DNA of 60,635 nt, counting the filler, from Circinaria calcarea (lineage: Eukaryota), in NCBI GenBank assembly GCA_051942165.1. It is 11 parts of 11 records of this genome, joined end to end, with 100 filler letters (N's around TTAATTAATTAA, not from the genome) between each part and the next. Parts side by side here need not be neighbours in the genome. Positions count along the whole stretch, not along the records: positions 1 to 5,438 come from JAVECS010001900.1; positions 5,539 to 10,975 come from JAVECS010001901.1; positions 11,076 to 16,504 come from JAVECS010001902.1; 8 more parts are not named here. One strand, 5' to 3'. The translations under genes and the position numbers were made by a program. Positions 1 to 12,267 of the stretch are shown piece by piece. Position 1 is the stretch's first letter; each line of letters opens with the position of its first letter. Under the pieces are notes generated by a model. The model was not told where the DNA came from. It worked only from the letters and a program-made list of their open reading frames with translations, and did not search any database.

Positions 1-2014
1 ATCCACGTCTGCCTTTGTTTTGTACTTTAACAGCTTGCATTTGGTCGTGACGCTACCCCTGGGATCTCCAAAAGCAAGTCGAGCAAAATCCTCGTAGAAT
101 TCAATTACGCTGTCATCGTCAAGCAGCTCCGCCAGAAAGACTGGTTGCGGTCTGGATGCGTCCGGCATTGATCCTTCCGGCATTCGAGGGGTGTTCATAC
201 CGCCTCTGGATGAGGCACCGGTGCCAGGCTGGCCTGAGCTGCCACCCGTGTTGACATTGAGATTTGGCTCTTTACCAAGAAGGACGTTTTTCTTCCAACC
301 CGTCAAAATGCTGAATTCCTTTCCAACGGCGGCAACTTCCCCGGTTCGACGACATACGAGCGTTGGGGTACCACAAGCGTTAATAAAGTCTTCGTACTCC
401 CACAGCGTTCGCTGGAAGCATTTCTCCATGAAGATTAGATCGTCGCGGTTCAGCGTTTTGGTGCACGAGATAAAGGAAGGTCGGATGGAAGCAAGCGCTT
501 TGGCGATACGAAGAGTTTTCTGAGGGGAGAAACGACGCTGCAGAAAGGCCGTGAGGCTGTGAAAGCCCGTCGTGTACGAGTAGGGGTGCGTAACGCTATC
601 ATATATGATTGATGAGTCTCGCGTCCGCTGACAGTTTGTACTCTGAACTTTTACCTCAGCCGACGACTCTGTAACATTCGGTGGCCCCTGTTGCGCAGAT
701 CGAATCTGGGGACCTGTCTGACTCGTGTCAATGAAACCGATTGGACCTGGGCCGGCTGAAGGCGGACTTTCGCCGCGGCCGATTAACCTCGTTGGGGGGC
801 TGGTATTCGAATTTGGACTAGCCAGGTTACTCGGCCCAGTTCCAATAATGAAAGCATAGGGAGCTTCTTGCTTTATCATCCCGTCTGGGGGACCTTGGTT
901 GCGCACGTTGGCATTGAATTGATTAGTCTGCCTCATGTTGGATTGAGGAGCATTACGCCAATCGCCCATTGCTTGATCTTGATTGAAAAGATATGGCTGT
1001 ACGTTGACAGGACTATCTCCATAATTTGTCGGCATGGTCCCAGGCGACGTGTAGAGGTTCCCGGTGCTTTGACTAATGTGACTGGCAATATCACTGGGAG
1101 GTGTCTCGGCTGCTCCGGAAGACATATGACCGAGCATGCCAAACTCCAGAGCACCGTAGTGATTTCCAAAGTTGAAGCTGGCAGGGTCAAAGTCGTATTG
1201 TGACGCATCACTAGGGTCGAAGAAATTCGTCCCGAAGGTATTTGGTAACGAAGTGGCTGCCTCAGTCGGTGTAGTCCGTTGGGTGACATCTACCAAGCTT
1301 TGCATCGCAGCTGTCTGGGAACCGGACGCAGGGTTAAATCGAGCAGATAAGGGTGACTGTTGACTGCCGTAGGATTGCGGATTCATCGAAATGTCTGGCA
1401 AGCCGGGCGGGACGTGACCTTGCGAACCCGTTGAAGAGAAGGAGGTAAATGCTGGAGCGGCAACCTGTAGTGGAGCGTATACGCTGTGGGCCGGTAGACC
1501 TGGATAGGGCAGCTGTTGAGTTCTCTGCTCTCCTTGGCGGATGGTATTAGCATACTGGAAATGGCTTGCCCCTATACCCGGCATCAGGGCTTCGTTCGGA
1601 GCATCGTGTAGATATTTGGCCTTCTTCCGTACTCCATCATGGCACTGGTCCTGTAAGTTGCGCTTAATGCACCTCTGGCAAGGTCGTTCGTCACCTGCCG
1701 GATTCACGTTCAGCGTTCAGCGTTCAGCAGCCGAACATAGGGCGGATGATAGTCAGCTCCGTGTCGAAGTACTCACCGCATGTCAGGTGGGCCCGCTGGC
1801 AAGCAAAGCAGGCCCTTCTAGCCTTTTTCCGCCGGGGCCTCAGCGGGTCTTTTGCGTTGGACGAGCTCTTCGTCTTGCCATTGCCAGACGGAACGGCACT
1901 GTCCGACTTGCTGTGGTGGTCGGCTTGCTCAATCATGTCCCCGCTGTCTTGGTCGGCGCTGTCTTCGGGCGAGTGCGATCTCGAGGCCTCATCACGATCA
2001 AGGTCCTGGGTCAT
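1..2014 (-). CDS. acuK: Zn2Cys6/PAS transcription activator of gluconeogenesis (AcuK/ERT1 family), 3'-truncated at window start
   Basis: ATG at 2014 gives MTQDL...KDPLRPRRKKARRACFACQRAHLTCG. After a GT-AG intron (1695-1776) it continues DERPCQRCIKRNLQDQCHDGVRKKAKYLHDAP. The C-terminal region reads HPYSYTTGFHSL...DLIFMEKCFQRTLWEYEDF...CRRTGEVAAVGKEFSILTGW...ELLDDDSVIEFYEDFARLAFGD, typical of AcuK/Ert1. Confidence 0.93.
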
Positions 2015-3108
2015 TCTGGCTGTATATGCATTCGAGGGCCGAACGAAGCTTCGATAGATGTACAAGGCCGGATCCACCAGATATGCCGCTAAGGGACACA
2101 GAGTTTCCAGTGATGTGGGTCTCCGTCCCAATGTGCCAAGCTAACGGCCTCGAGGGGGGAGCGAAAACCGAGGGATTGGGAGCTGATGGCGTGGGCTCGA
2201 ACAGCCACAGCGTGCCAGGATAGGGCCTATGCCTCACTGCCGGGAAATTTCTCGAGCGGTGGTGGCTAATCCAACGGCGGGCGCGAGCGTTGTGAATGGT
2301 CGGGCTTCTGCACAGCGAGGTACAACGGTGGTCCAGTGGGGAGCTAGATGGCAAGGGGGAGGTCAATTGATTGTCACCCAACACCGCGTGCAACTCACCA
2401 CACGGCTGGCATGGTCGAGAAGGGGTTAGGGCCCATCCATCTCAGAGGCTACGGGCGAGAGGGAAGATTGGGAAAGTGTCACTGCCGCTGCCTCGGGCAT
2501 CCAATTGGACACGGGCACCGCTCTGTCGGGAACTCGGCCGGGCGATCCAGAGGAAATCTAGAGGGAAAGCTACTTTGCAATCAAGAATCGAGGCCGTCTA
2601 TAAATGCTGAGGTTGCAAGGTCAAGTCGTCAGGTTCGCGTTAGAGTCAGCACCGGCACCAAACCTTCTGCCTCAGCCCCCGCCCCCCATGCTTCTTTTTC
2701 TCCACACCAAAAGCGTCTAGCGAGCGGGAACTACAGTTATCCGGGCAGTTATCCTCGCCCTCGCCCTTTCCCTCGAGGCTGCGCGCTACTGTACCCACCC
2801 TTCGCCGCTCTTGTACACAACACGTTTCTGACAGTTGCCAACACCGGTGCCACTAACACAGAGCCGCCCGGCCAAATCATGTCTCGTGCTCGTCCCCGGT
2901 TACATGTACGGTACGGTACGATACGAAGCCCCGTTGACGTACCACTACGGCCGAAATATATGGGCTGCACTTTGAGGTGCTCGGCAACCGTACGTGTATG
3001 CAAGGTCCATGCAAGGTCCATGCCCGTTCCGTGCATTCGATAGTACTAACTTTGCCGACCATCTAGGTGCAGTGCGGACTCTAATTATACACGCCATTGA
3101 ACTCGCCA

Positions 3109-5438
3109 TCATTTGCTGGATGCATATTTGCTGTTGTCTCGTATCCTTTTGCCATACCGGAAAAAAACATACCTAAACGGGTCGTCAGCTAGTGGGCCCC
3201 CCGGCGCCGTGGAATTTATGCATCACCGACGGGAATGGTGCCATGGCCACCGTAAGGAATGCCTGTGTTCCGTATTCGCAGTCAGAACGGATCGCATACT
3301 CGACAAGAATTCCAAAATCTCTCACCAGAAGGGAGGTCGCCCATTGATATCCAAGCTTGTTGTACACTGCAAGCACCCGTTAGCAGGGCGTCATGATGCG
3401 TTTGCAGCAAAGGGAAGCATGCTCTGATTGCCAAAGAGTGGGAATGCCGCTGCGAAGCTACTGCGAGCGAAGCTGTTGGCCGCGAGGGCACTGGCTGCAT
3501 ACAGTGGGTAGGCGTCCACTAGGAAGGTAAAGACCCCGGAGAACACTAATATGGTTCTATGCAAGCGTTGATCAGTTCAAGTCGTCTGGCACGGCTGCAC
3601 TACCGCATACCCCATGGCAAATATGCCGCTGCCAATGATCGGAACGATCCAGTGAATCGATGAATACCTGATAGTGTCAGCCTTCCTTCAATTCCTTGGA
3701 TGATTCCAATTCCCGCCTTCCAATGACGGAGGGGGTAGGAATAGCGACAGCTTACGTGGTCCAACCAAACCAAAAGAGACCTATGGGCACAAGAAAAGCG
3801 CCGCCAATCGCAGGCGGCAGGCGAAACTCGGGCTCTGCCTCACCACCCCTGTCCTCCTCCTCGGTCACCAGACGCACGTAATTCTTGTGCCAGCTACAAG
3901 GTTCCTGTCAGCAGAAGTCTCCACAATTTCACGAGACCTACTAAGGGTCCGTAGCTATCCCGGCTAATAGGCCAACCAGCAGCCCCAGGAATGACAGGCC
4001 TATCTGCCACAACTGGAAAGAGTATAGCTCCCTAAAGATCAAATTGAACGCCCCAAAAAACAGATACAGTACGCCAAGCACTAACACAACAGGAAGGCAA
4101 AGTTAGCTAAAGATAGCTTCTGACTGCAGATAGTACATTAGACTTACATATCGCGGAGAATACACACAAAGACAGGCACATGAATTCCAAAGTTAGAAGC
4201 AGGAACGGTCTGTAGATCGATCTGAGGATTGTTTGCCGGACAGATCGATCTGTGTTCTCTATGGGTGCTCGCCACCTTTCATCGCCTGTCTCTTGTCGTA
4301 GCTTACGAGCTTTATTCCGGAGTAAAACTGGGTGATATGTCTCTGGCATCAAGATAATGATGAGTCCTAGCAGGACGCCGGACCAGATAAGGAGAACATA
4401 GAAAGACCACCGCCTACAGGGGTAAAGGTCAGCTGACGACTCGTTTGTATAGGGTGAGATTCATCAACCAAGTTGTAAACTGATTGATAAAGCCACCCAT
4501 GATCGGACCTATGCAGCCTTAGCCAAGGGATTAGTTATCTTTGACATAGTCCCCTTTTTTACCGACTTCTGGACCTAAACTAGCGTTTGATTAGGCTTCG
4601 ATCTCTACTCAAACATACTTTCAGCTTGCACATACAATGGACTAGCTGTGTATATCATCATTGGCGCTTGCAGTTCATTTCGAGCAAACAGATCGCCGAC
4701 TGTACCACCTAAAGAGAGCGGTCAAGTGTTACCGGCGCACCTGCTGACGCCAAGTGGACCCACGTACCTGCCACCGAGAGAAAAGCGCTACCGGCGAGGC
4801 CATTGATGAAACGAGCGATAAGCATGGTTTGGATGTTCTGTGCTACCGCACATGGTATAAGCCAGATCAGGAAGAACGCGAAGGATACGATGTAGACGGG
4901 CCGGCGACCATAGAACTAGGCATGTCAGTCTGATCTTCGGTAGGGGTCCCGGGACTTGATCTGACTTCCGACAGAGGTCCTAGAAGCATAGGGCCCACAC
5001 CCAAGCCCATAACGAATAGGCTCAAACCCAGTGTAACGATGATTTGGGAACTGTGGAATTCCTTGGATTTGCTTTGGCTTAGTAGATGCTTTACAAGGTG
5101 ACCAAAGTCAAAAGGGGGAGCTTCTTACCGGTATGATTTGCGAGTATGTACTTGTATAGAGCGACGATGTACACGTACTTTGGGCAATCAGCACCAGCTC
5201 TGAGGAAGACTTAATGATGATGATATTTAAAAACCATACGTACACACATAAGGAGCTCGCGGACACTATCAAGACTATGACCCATTTTCGAGCTCTACCC
5301 ATACTCCGAGGGTTCATTGGATCGTTGTCACCATCCCATTGAACCTCAAAAGCCTTTCCCGAGACTCGTCCGTCTTCATGGCCGGTCGACGGAGCCTTCT
5401 CATCCCCGCCAACACATGCAAACCCATGTCCGTCACCG
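3109..5438 (-). CDS. MFS multidrug transporter (DHA1 family), multi-intron, 5'-truncated by contig end
   Basis: Spliced peptides: [128 protein letters not shown]. Stop TGA at 3109-3111. Confidence 0.9.
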
Positions 5439-5538
5439 NNNNNNNNNNNNNNNNNNNNNNNNNNNNNNNNNNNNNNNNNNNNTTAATTAATTAANNNNNN
5501 NNNNNNNNNNNNNNNNNNNNNNNNNNNNNNNNNNNNNN
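5439..5538. other. Artificial contig linker N44-TTAATTAATTAA-N44
   Basis: 100-nt spacer with stops in all six frames. Identical copies at 10976-11075, 16505-16604, 22031-22130, 27557-27656, 33073-33172, 38589-38688, 44104-44203, 49618-49717 and 55131-55230. Confidence 0.99.
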
Positions 5539-7243
5539 TCTCTCTTACTAGAAAATGTCCCTTGGCAAAAGCCATGTGCACTCGGCATAAATCGTAGGTT
5601 TCGGCCTTCAGGCTTTAGTCCTTGGCTTCTATTCTACAACGAGGCATCAGTATGGTGAAATTTACTCTGCTGGGTGGGAGGCATAGTCTAGCTGATGTAA
5701 GACTACCATTGGAGTACGTAATGGGTTGGCATAATGGGGTTCCTGGGGACTTCGTAGTGTGGAGAGCTATAATACACGCTTCAGGAAAGTTTACGTTGTC
5801 TTTGCAGCGATGATGGGACCTGAGTATCCTAGCGGTCTCGGGCCTTTTTCTCTGTTCTTGCGTATCTAAGCAACGTATTGCTCGCCTCTTCTTCTTTCCC
5901 AGTGCACTGAAAGCCCATAAGAAGATCTCCGGTATTATTACCGCCATCCGAGCCCCAAACTTCTAAGTATTTACGTTTTGACCGAGAACTTCTACAATAA
6001 CCCGGCCACGAGAATGAACCGGAGCTTTCAATGTCTGGTTCGGAAAGTTTAGGCAAAGTTCCGGATTGTTGAGAAGTGTACTGCTTTCCGTGTATATGTT
6101 CATCTACCTTATTGCGTTCTTCCAAACACATCTCTAATACTATCCCATCATAACTCCTATAAGCAAAGTTATCACCGAAGGTGTCTGCTTTAAGAAGAAA
6201 GAAAAACATTATCCATGGCCTCCAAATCAAAATACCTAGCCAATCTGAGAAGTCCGTAGGAGTCCTCTACTCTGAATCTGGAAGCAGCTAACAGAACCAG
6301 ACCTGTTCCGAAAGCTCCTTGTCAGCGCTCTCTCCGGTGCAGCTTTCGTGCAGGGGATTCATAGGTATCGGTCCCAAAGCCCTAGTTCTTGGATAACATC
6401 ATTTCAAGATCAGTACAAGAAGTACCTTTGGGAGAGAAAAAACGACGAGGATTGTCGTAGTCGTTATCAACTTCGGAAGTTAACGGAAGATTCGAGAGAC
6501 GACACCGACTTGTCCAATGCAGTGTGTACCGCGGTAGCGATCATTCTTTCAATCTGCATCATCGTGCTTATACCCTGTGCTTTGTCGAGTTCCAATGTCA
6601 AGCTGAATTGGGGAACTCCATCAAAGGAGCAAAAATCTGGCAAGTCGTGGAAAAGAAAGGTGGATCATATGATGTCCCTACCTCAATTGTTTCTTCTTTG
6701 GAAATCCGTTAGACTTATTGGATATAGCCCAAAGAAAACCCTTCTTGTACGATTGAGGCAGATAATCTAGTAATCTGCAGTACTGGAATCAGATGGTTCG
6801 AGGTAGTAGAGACCTCAAATTGGAGACGTAAGCACGAAAACCTCTTGGTATGCTCCAGAGACGAGAAGCTAATACATCTAGATAACGCTAGAGCTGGACG
6901 TCATTTGGTTTGGCATTCCACCGTCGACGGTTTGCCTGGTGTGTTTGTGTAGTAAGTGATGAGGTGGGTCAAATGATAAGCTTGAACCCCCGGCGAAGGC
7001 TGCTGAAATTAGGAAAGCGGAGGTTATGAAACCTCCTCCCTTTACCTCATAATCTGCATAGATAGTACTCCACACACCTCTTCTTGGCACCTAATGCTAT
7101 AGCAATTGAAGATTCTCCATGTGATATCATTCGATCGAGGTCCTGATAGAGAAGACTTCAGGTTTCAGGTAATATGGAGCATTTTGTGTTCCCTTTCGTC
7201 ATATGACGAAAACCTTCCATGTCAATTTGGCATAAGGTCACTA

Positions 7244-8528
7244 TCATCCCGCCTTTCTGCTTCGCCTTGAACCTGTCACTTTTCCGCTCTTTCCATTTGT
7301 CGGTGACGTTTTCTCCCCACCGTCTACATCCTTCTCCTTCTCCGCTATTTTCTTTTCCCTCTCCTCCTTCTCTTTCTTTGCCAGAGCCCTCTTGACGGCG
7401 CCTTCTTTCTCTAGAGCTTCAATCTGCTTCTCACTAAAGCCCCATAACTTCTTGGCAACCTCCTCATCCCGAACTTCTTTTCTTAGAAAATCTATTTCTT
7501 TACATTCCTTCAGGAATCGTCCTCCAACGCCTCTACCCAAGTCCGCCTCCATTGTTGCATACAGAAAAGTCTGTGCTCCTTGTTCCGGGGACTTGAGTAT
7601 CAGCCACCAGAATGGCCATACGATTAGATATCCTAATAATCCCCACAACGAACCCATTGTTAGCCACCGTCGCATTCCTGGCGTTCGGGTGAAACCTGGG
7701 TCTACAAGCACGACCCTTGCGTTGTTAGATTGTTTGTCCGGCCGCTCGTATGCATCTAGATGTTTCTGGAACGCTTCCGCAAAGACCATGGTTGCCAATT
7801 TGCTTGTGCCGTATTCAAAGCCCTTGGGTAAAGGTTCCCTTGTATCTTTTAAAGACTTCAAATCTCCGCCAATATAGCTTGAGCAGGTCCCAAAGATAAT
7901 CCGCACATCCCTATCCGCAGGTTGTGCCCTCAGCGCCGGGCTAAGTATACTAAGGAGGTGGAAATTCGCTAGATAATTGATCCCCCACGCTGTCTCCAAT
8001 TTGTCTTGCGTCAAAGCCTTGATTCCATACCTAGGAGTCATTGTGTCCGCGCAAAGGATGACCATGTCGAGTCTTCTGGGAGGTGCATTATCCACCCATT
8101 TTGTCGCAAACAATCGGATGGAGTGTAACGAAGAGAGGTCCACTTGCTCGGCATATATGAGTTCGTTGTTTGTCGAAGCACGGAGGTCTTCGATGTAGTC
8201 AACTAAGAAAGGATCGGACGGAGCATGGTGGCTAAGTAAGATAATCTGGGCGCCACGTTGGGCAAGGGAGTGGGCAACTGCTCCACCTATGCCTGATGTG
8301 CCGCCCTAGTAAGGTTTAGATGGGCAGATGGTACAACGAGGATGAGCGTACTGTTATCATAATGATCTTGGAGTGCATTAAACGTTCCGATGTATTCCTC
8401 GTACCTCCAAAATAGAGCTTTAGGAGGTACAATAAGATAAGCCATGGTATTGTCTTGAGCACCGGTAGAGCAAATGGTACTGTATGGATTCCCTTGAAAA
8501 CCACCTGAGCAATGATAGGAAGAGGCAT
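7244..8528 (-). CDS. Membrane-anchored short-chain dehydrogenase/reductase (similar to yeast YNL181W/Pbr1 type)
   Basis: MPLPIIAQ...hydrophobic N-terminus, intron 8306-8351, Rossmann motif ITGGTSGIG, DLSSLHSIRLFATKWVDNAPPRRLDM, NYLANFHLL, catalytic YGTSK, VDPGFTRTPG. Confidence 0.88.
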
Positions 8529-8740
8529 TGTGGCTGATGAAGTTACAGACAACTATACACGCAACTAAGAAACGATTTGTCTGAGGATCTCGAGAGGCTA
8601 CTCCGTACTGCAGCTTCCAACGGCCCGTCCCGGAAACGGCGCTAAATAGATAGAATATTTTTACGTTCTGAAGGTTATGACTCGCTTGTTGCTTGCGATT
8701 TCCGAAATCATCATCCACTACCATCAACCGATCTCTCGGT

Positions 8741-9442
8741 ATGGAGGAGGAAGACGAGTATTTCGTCCCTTTACAGGATCAACGCGTCTTTGGAGCTGGC
8801 GTTAAAAGGAAACGAGTCAAGTTCATCGCCGCCGAGACAACCCCTTTTCCTTCCCCGCCACCAATCATCACAGCGGCTTCTGAACGTTACCTATCTATCG
8901 TACTCAAGGATACGAATCCAGCAACGAATGAGAAAGCTACACGGCCATTTTCAAATGCCGTGGAGGCCTCGACTCAATTCTCTTCCGCTGATGAGTCCCT
9001 CATTTGCTCAATATGTGGCTTGCCTTTCCAGATTCCATCCAATGACCTCAGCTCTACCCGTCATCCTCACGAAGCTTCCCTTGCCCATCAGGTTTGCCTC
9101 ACACACTCACATCCCCCGTCTCATATTGACCGCACCCGGCCCGGCCTGAAGTATCTCTCTTCTTATGGCTGGGATCCAGATAGTAGACTAGGGCTTGGTG
9201 CTGCGGGAGAAGGTATTAGAACACCGATCAAGGGGAAGATAAAGAACGATACTGTGGGCTTAGGGGTTGACCTGAAGAAAAAGGGATCAAAGGTGATAGG
9301 AGTACAAAAGGTCGAAAAGCTGGATGCGAAGAAGGTGAGAGTGAAGGAGGAGATAGGAAGGAGGAAAGGGGAGAAGCTAAGAGAGTTATTCTACATGAAT
9401 GAGGATGTTGAGAGATATCTTGGTGCTAGCTCTATGGTCTAA
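8741..9442 (+). CDS. G-patch domain protein
   Basis: MEEEDEYFVPLQDQRVFGAGVKRKRVKF..., CSICG...HEASLAHQVC zinc-knuckle-like segment, G-patch GLKYLSSYGWDPDSRLGLGAAGEGIRTPIKGKIKNDTVGLG. Confidence 0.87.
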   Translation: MEEEDEYFVPLQDQRVFGAGVKRKRVKFIAAETTPFPSPPPIITAASERYLSIVLKDTNPATNEKATRPFSNAVEASTQFSSADESLICSICGLPFQIPSNDLSSTRHPHEASLAHQVCLTHSHPPSHIDRTRPGLKYLSSYGWDPDSRLGLGAAGEGIRTPIKGKIKNDTVGLGVDLKKKGSKVIGVQKVEKLDAKKVRVKEEIGRRKGEKLRELFYMNEDVERYLGASSMV

Positions 9443-9522
9443 AGCGTCTGTGGTAGGAAATTCTTCTGGCATCACGTTATGAGCTCATCGTGTGGATTGG
9501 TGCTTGCTTCAGTTTACATACC

Positions 9523-10214
9523 CTAGCATCTATCCCTAAGCTGCCTTCTGCAAGAAGCGCAAGCCATAACTTTGCATTCGGAACACTGTAAGATGAAGGA
9601 AAAGAAGGTCTTTGAGCAAATGCTGCACTGGTGCTGGCCCTCGATTCTCGGCCAGATTTTGACATGAGCGCAGGGCGTACGCTTAGATTTAGTAGTACGC
9701 GTTGATGCTGCTAGCCATTCGTTTAAGGGTTTGCCTTCTCTTGCTTCCTGTCTCATCCTCTGCGCCCACCTTTCTTGAGCTTTCATGGCCTTTGCTGTAT
9801 TTTGCCGTGCCCTTTCTCTGGCCTCTCTCTCCTTCGCTTCTGCTTCCTGTTCCTTCGCTAGCTTCTCTTTGTCCTTCGCCTCTTCGTGGAACAATCGCCA
9901 TTTCGACTTGATGTCCGCGAACTTCTTATCATATGACATGCGAGTGGAGGCATCACTCAGGGTGTCATGAGCATCCTTGAGCTAAGAGCACAGGATAGGT
10001 CAGCCAGATTGTACGCTGAAATGAAGATCATCCGGCAAAAATTGTGGTGGTTCTTTACAGTACAGAAAGCAGCATGGGCATCTGGATCATTTCGGTTTTT
10101 ATCTGGATGCCGTAAAAGACACAGACGTCGAAATGCGCGTTTAATCTCGCTGAGATCGGCCTTTTCTTCTATTTCTAAAATCGCGTAATAGTCGACTTCG
10201 GGTGGTACAGGCAT
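9523..10214 (-). CDS. J-domain (DnaJ) protein with coiled coil and C-terminal Cys-rich domain
   Basis: MPVPPEVDYYAILEI...LLRHPDKN (HPD motif). Intron 9982-10058 joins in frame to LKDAHDTLSDASTRMSYDKK. C-terminus CAH...CSIC...CSEC...CASC. The start could be 10220. Confidence 0.87.
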
Positions 10215-12267
10215 GACCATCGTCTTTCTAATCTCAAAAAATATATATCGTTCGACTATTGAGAACATCGACAAGTATTCTAGAAACCCACAAACTAGGG
10301 ATATCAGTCACAATGTCTTGCCAAGAAGTTCTGGAGCGCAAACGAATACCCGCGTTTTGGGAAAGGAGCCGGTGAGGGGGGAGTGCCAAAGCCAGTTCTC
10401 CTCCGACTGTATAGATCTGCTGCATTTGATCGGGCATTTCTTGAGGGGTTCCTAAGGATAGGCATGCATAATATTTACTACATGTTGGAAATTGCCACCT
10501 TATCTCTCTTTGGCAAAGATCCAGTCTGTTGGGGAATCTTGCCCGATATCTTACGATGCACGGCATCATGCATGGAGTCGATGATTTAACTCTATCAAAC
10601 TTGGATAGTACTTAGCCTCTACACTCGGGCTTTCCCGTTCCTTGGCTCGGGTCGACGAGTCCAAATCATTCAAACATGCAATATCTATCCCCCCCTAACT
10701 CCAAAACCCCCTGCCTTCATTGCCGCAATGCAACCAGCACAGCTACCACCAGAGGATCCCAGTAAGATATCGACCTCATTCACGTCACATTTCCTCACAA
10801 CCCCATAAACGTTTTGTAGCAGATCTCCCCATTCCTACTCCTCCCTATTCTTCAATCTATACTCTTAACTCCGCTCAACAGTCTTTATCCCCGTTATTTC
10901 CCCTAAATCTCCCACGATATTCCCTATAGTTAACGCCCCCCCTTCCCCTTTGCTCTCCTTTTCCCTTCCCTTCCCNNNNNNNNNNNNNNNNNNNNNNNNN
11001 NNNNNNNNNNNNNNNNNNNTTAATTAATTAANNNNNNNNNNNNNNNNNNNNNNNNNNNNNNNNNNNNNNNNNNNNCTTCAAATTTTTCGGCTTTCGGCAT
11101 AGGGATAAATAAATTGTGAATGTGAATGTGAATGTGAGCACTTTTCTGCCCGAATAATTGTATCAAACCGTTATGGGTTATGGTTAATTCATATTACATA
11201 TTGGGATGGACTGGAGTGTTTTAAGATTTTTACGATTGATGTTTTGCGGCGGGGTTTTGTGGCGGGGGTACAAGAAGCTCCCCTCCATTTCTCTGGAGGA
11301 ATGGAAGTGAGGAGAAGAGAATAGAATAGAATAAATAGGGATTTTGGTTTCGCGGTTTGCGTGTATTCTTCCTCAATTAGATAGAGGGGTTTCCTTCCGA
11401 AAGTGCGGGGGGGACCGTCAAGTTCGACTTACATTACAGATCTGACCGGCGGAACTTTTGGGTTTGCTGATGCTACTTCTGGATATAGGATTTCTTGCCC
11501 CCCCGGGCACCGTCCTCTTCCTTGTCAGCTCCTTTCCTGCTGCTATTCTTCCTTTGAGGCGGTAGATTACATATTCAAATCGTGTCGAGAAGGATTCTCT
11601 AGATGCTATCTGTATTTCCAAACCTAACGCTGCCTTTATATTACATATTACTGTAGTATATACAACCTCATTCTGACTCTGTCTTTCCAAATAATGCCAA
11701 TTAGAGTGCCCATTGATGGTTGATCCCTAGACGTAAATGGTTGGTATCATACGTCTGGCCTTTGAAGCTCTTCTCCCCTTCCCAATGCTAGTTGTTGTGC
11801 GTGACATGAGGTCTCACGAAGAAGATAGGGAGTTCCGAAGTGGAGTTGTAGTTTCGAATGCGGCGCTTCCCAAGTACTGGTATACAACTTTACACCACCG
11901 GTTCCCTATTCCCTATTCAACGACACTTTTATTGGAGTTATCCGGGTTATAGACACCGACATGTGCCGTACACTTTTAGGATATCAGAGCGGACCTCGGC
12001 TAAATGTCCATCTCTAAAGACTCGAGTATATCGCCAACGAGGTCAGTTTTAGCTTTCGCTGTAGATCCGCTAGACTGAACAAAAGTTCGGTCAGGTGTGG
12101 ACTAGCCTGATCAATGTCTAGACCGTGCGTTCCATCAATAAGTTTTCGGAGAAAGTAATGGATGTCTGCAGGCCGGCCAACCTAGGTTTAGGAGAGCAAA
12201 ACTGTTGCCATTCTGTTGGGATTCCCTTGAAGGTTTCGTCACAAGAAGCATATGCTCAGCCATCACT

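Noticed and set aside
2348..3043. 231-aa plus-strand ORF between acuK and the MFS gene
   Set aside because: No recognisable motif; lies in GC-rich promoter/UTR DNA, probably spurious.
5483..5494. TTAATTAATTAA palindrome recurring about every 5.5 kb
   Set aside because: Artificial linker inside N runs. ORFs ending in X runs are artefacts of it.
11076..11100. Possible minus-strand gene start MPKAEKFE at the contig edge
   Set aside because: Only eight codons are visible; cannot be supported or assigned.
12070..12121. Small three-way junction (CTAGAC/GTCTAG enclosing two hairpins)
   Set aside because: Stems are only 5-7 bp, there is no recognisable ncRNA motif, and it is compatible with chance.
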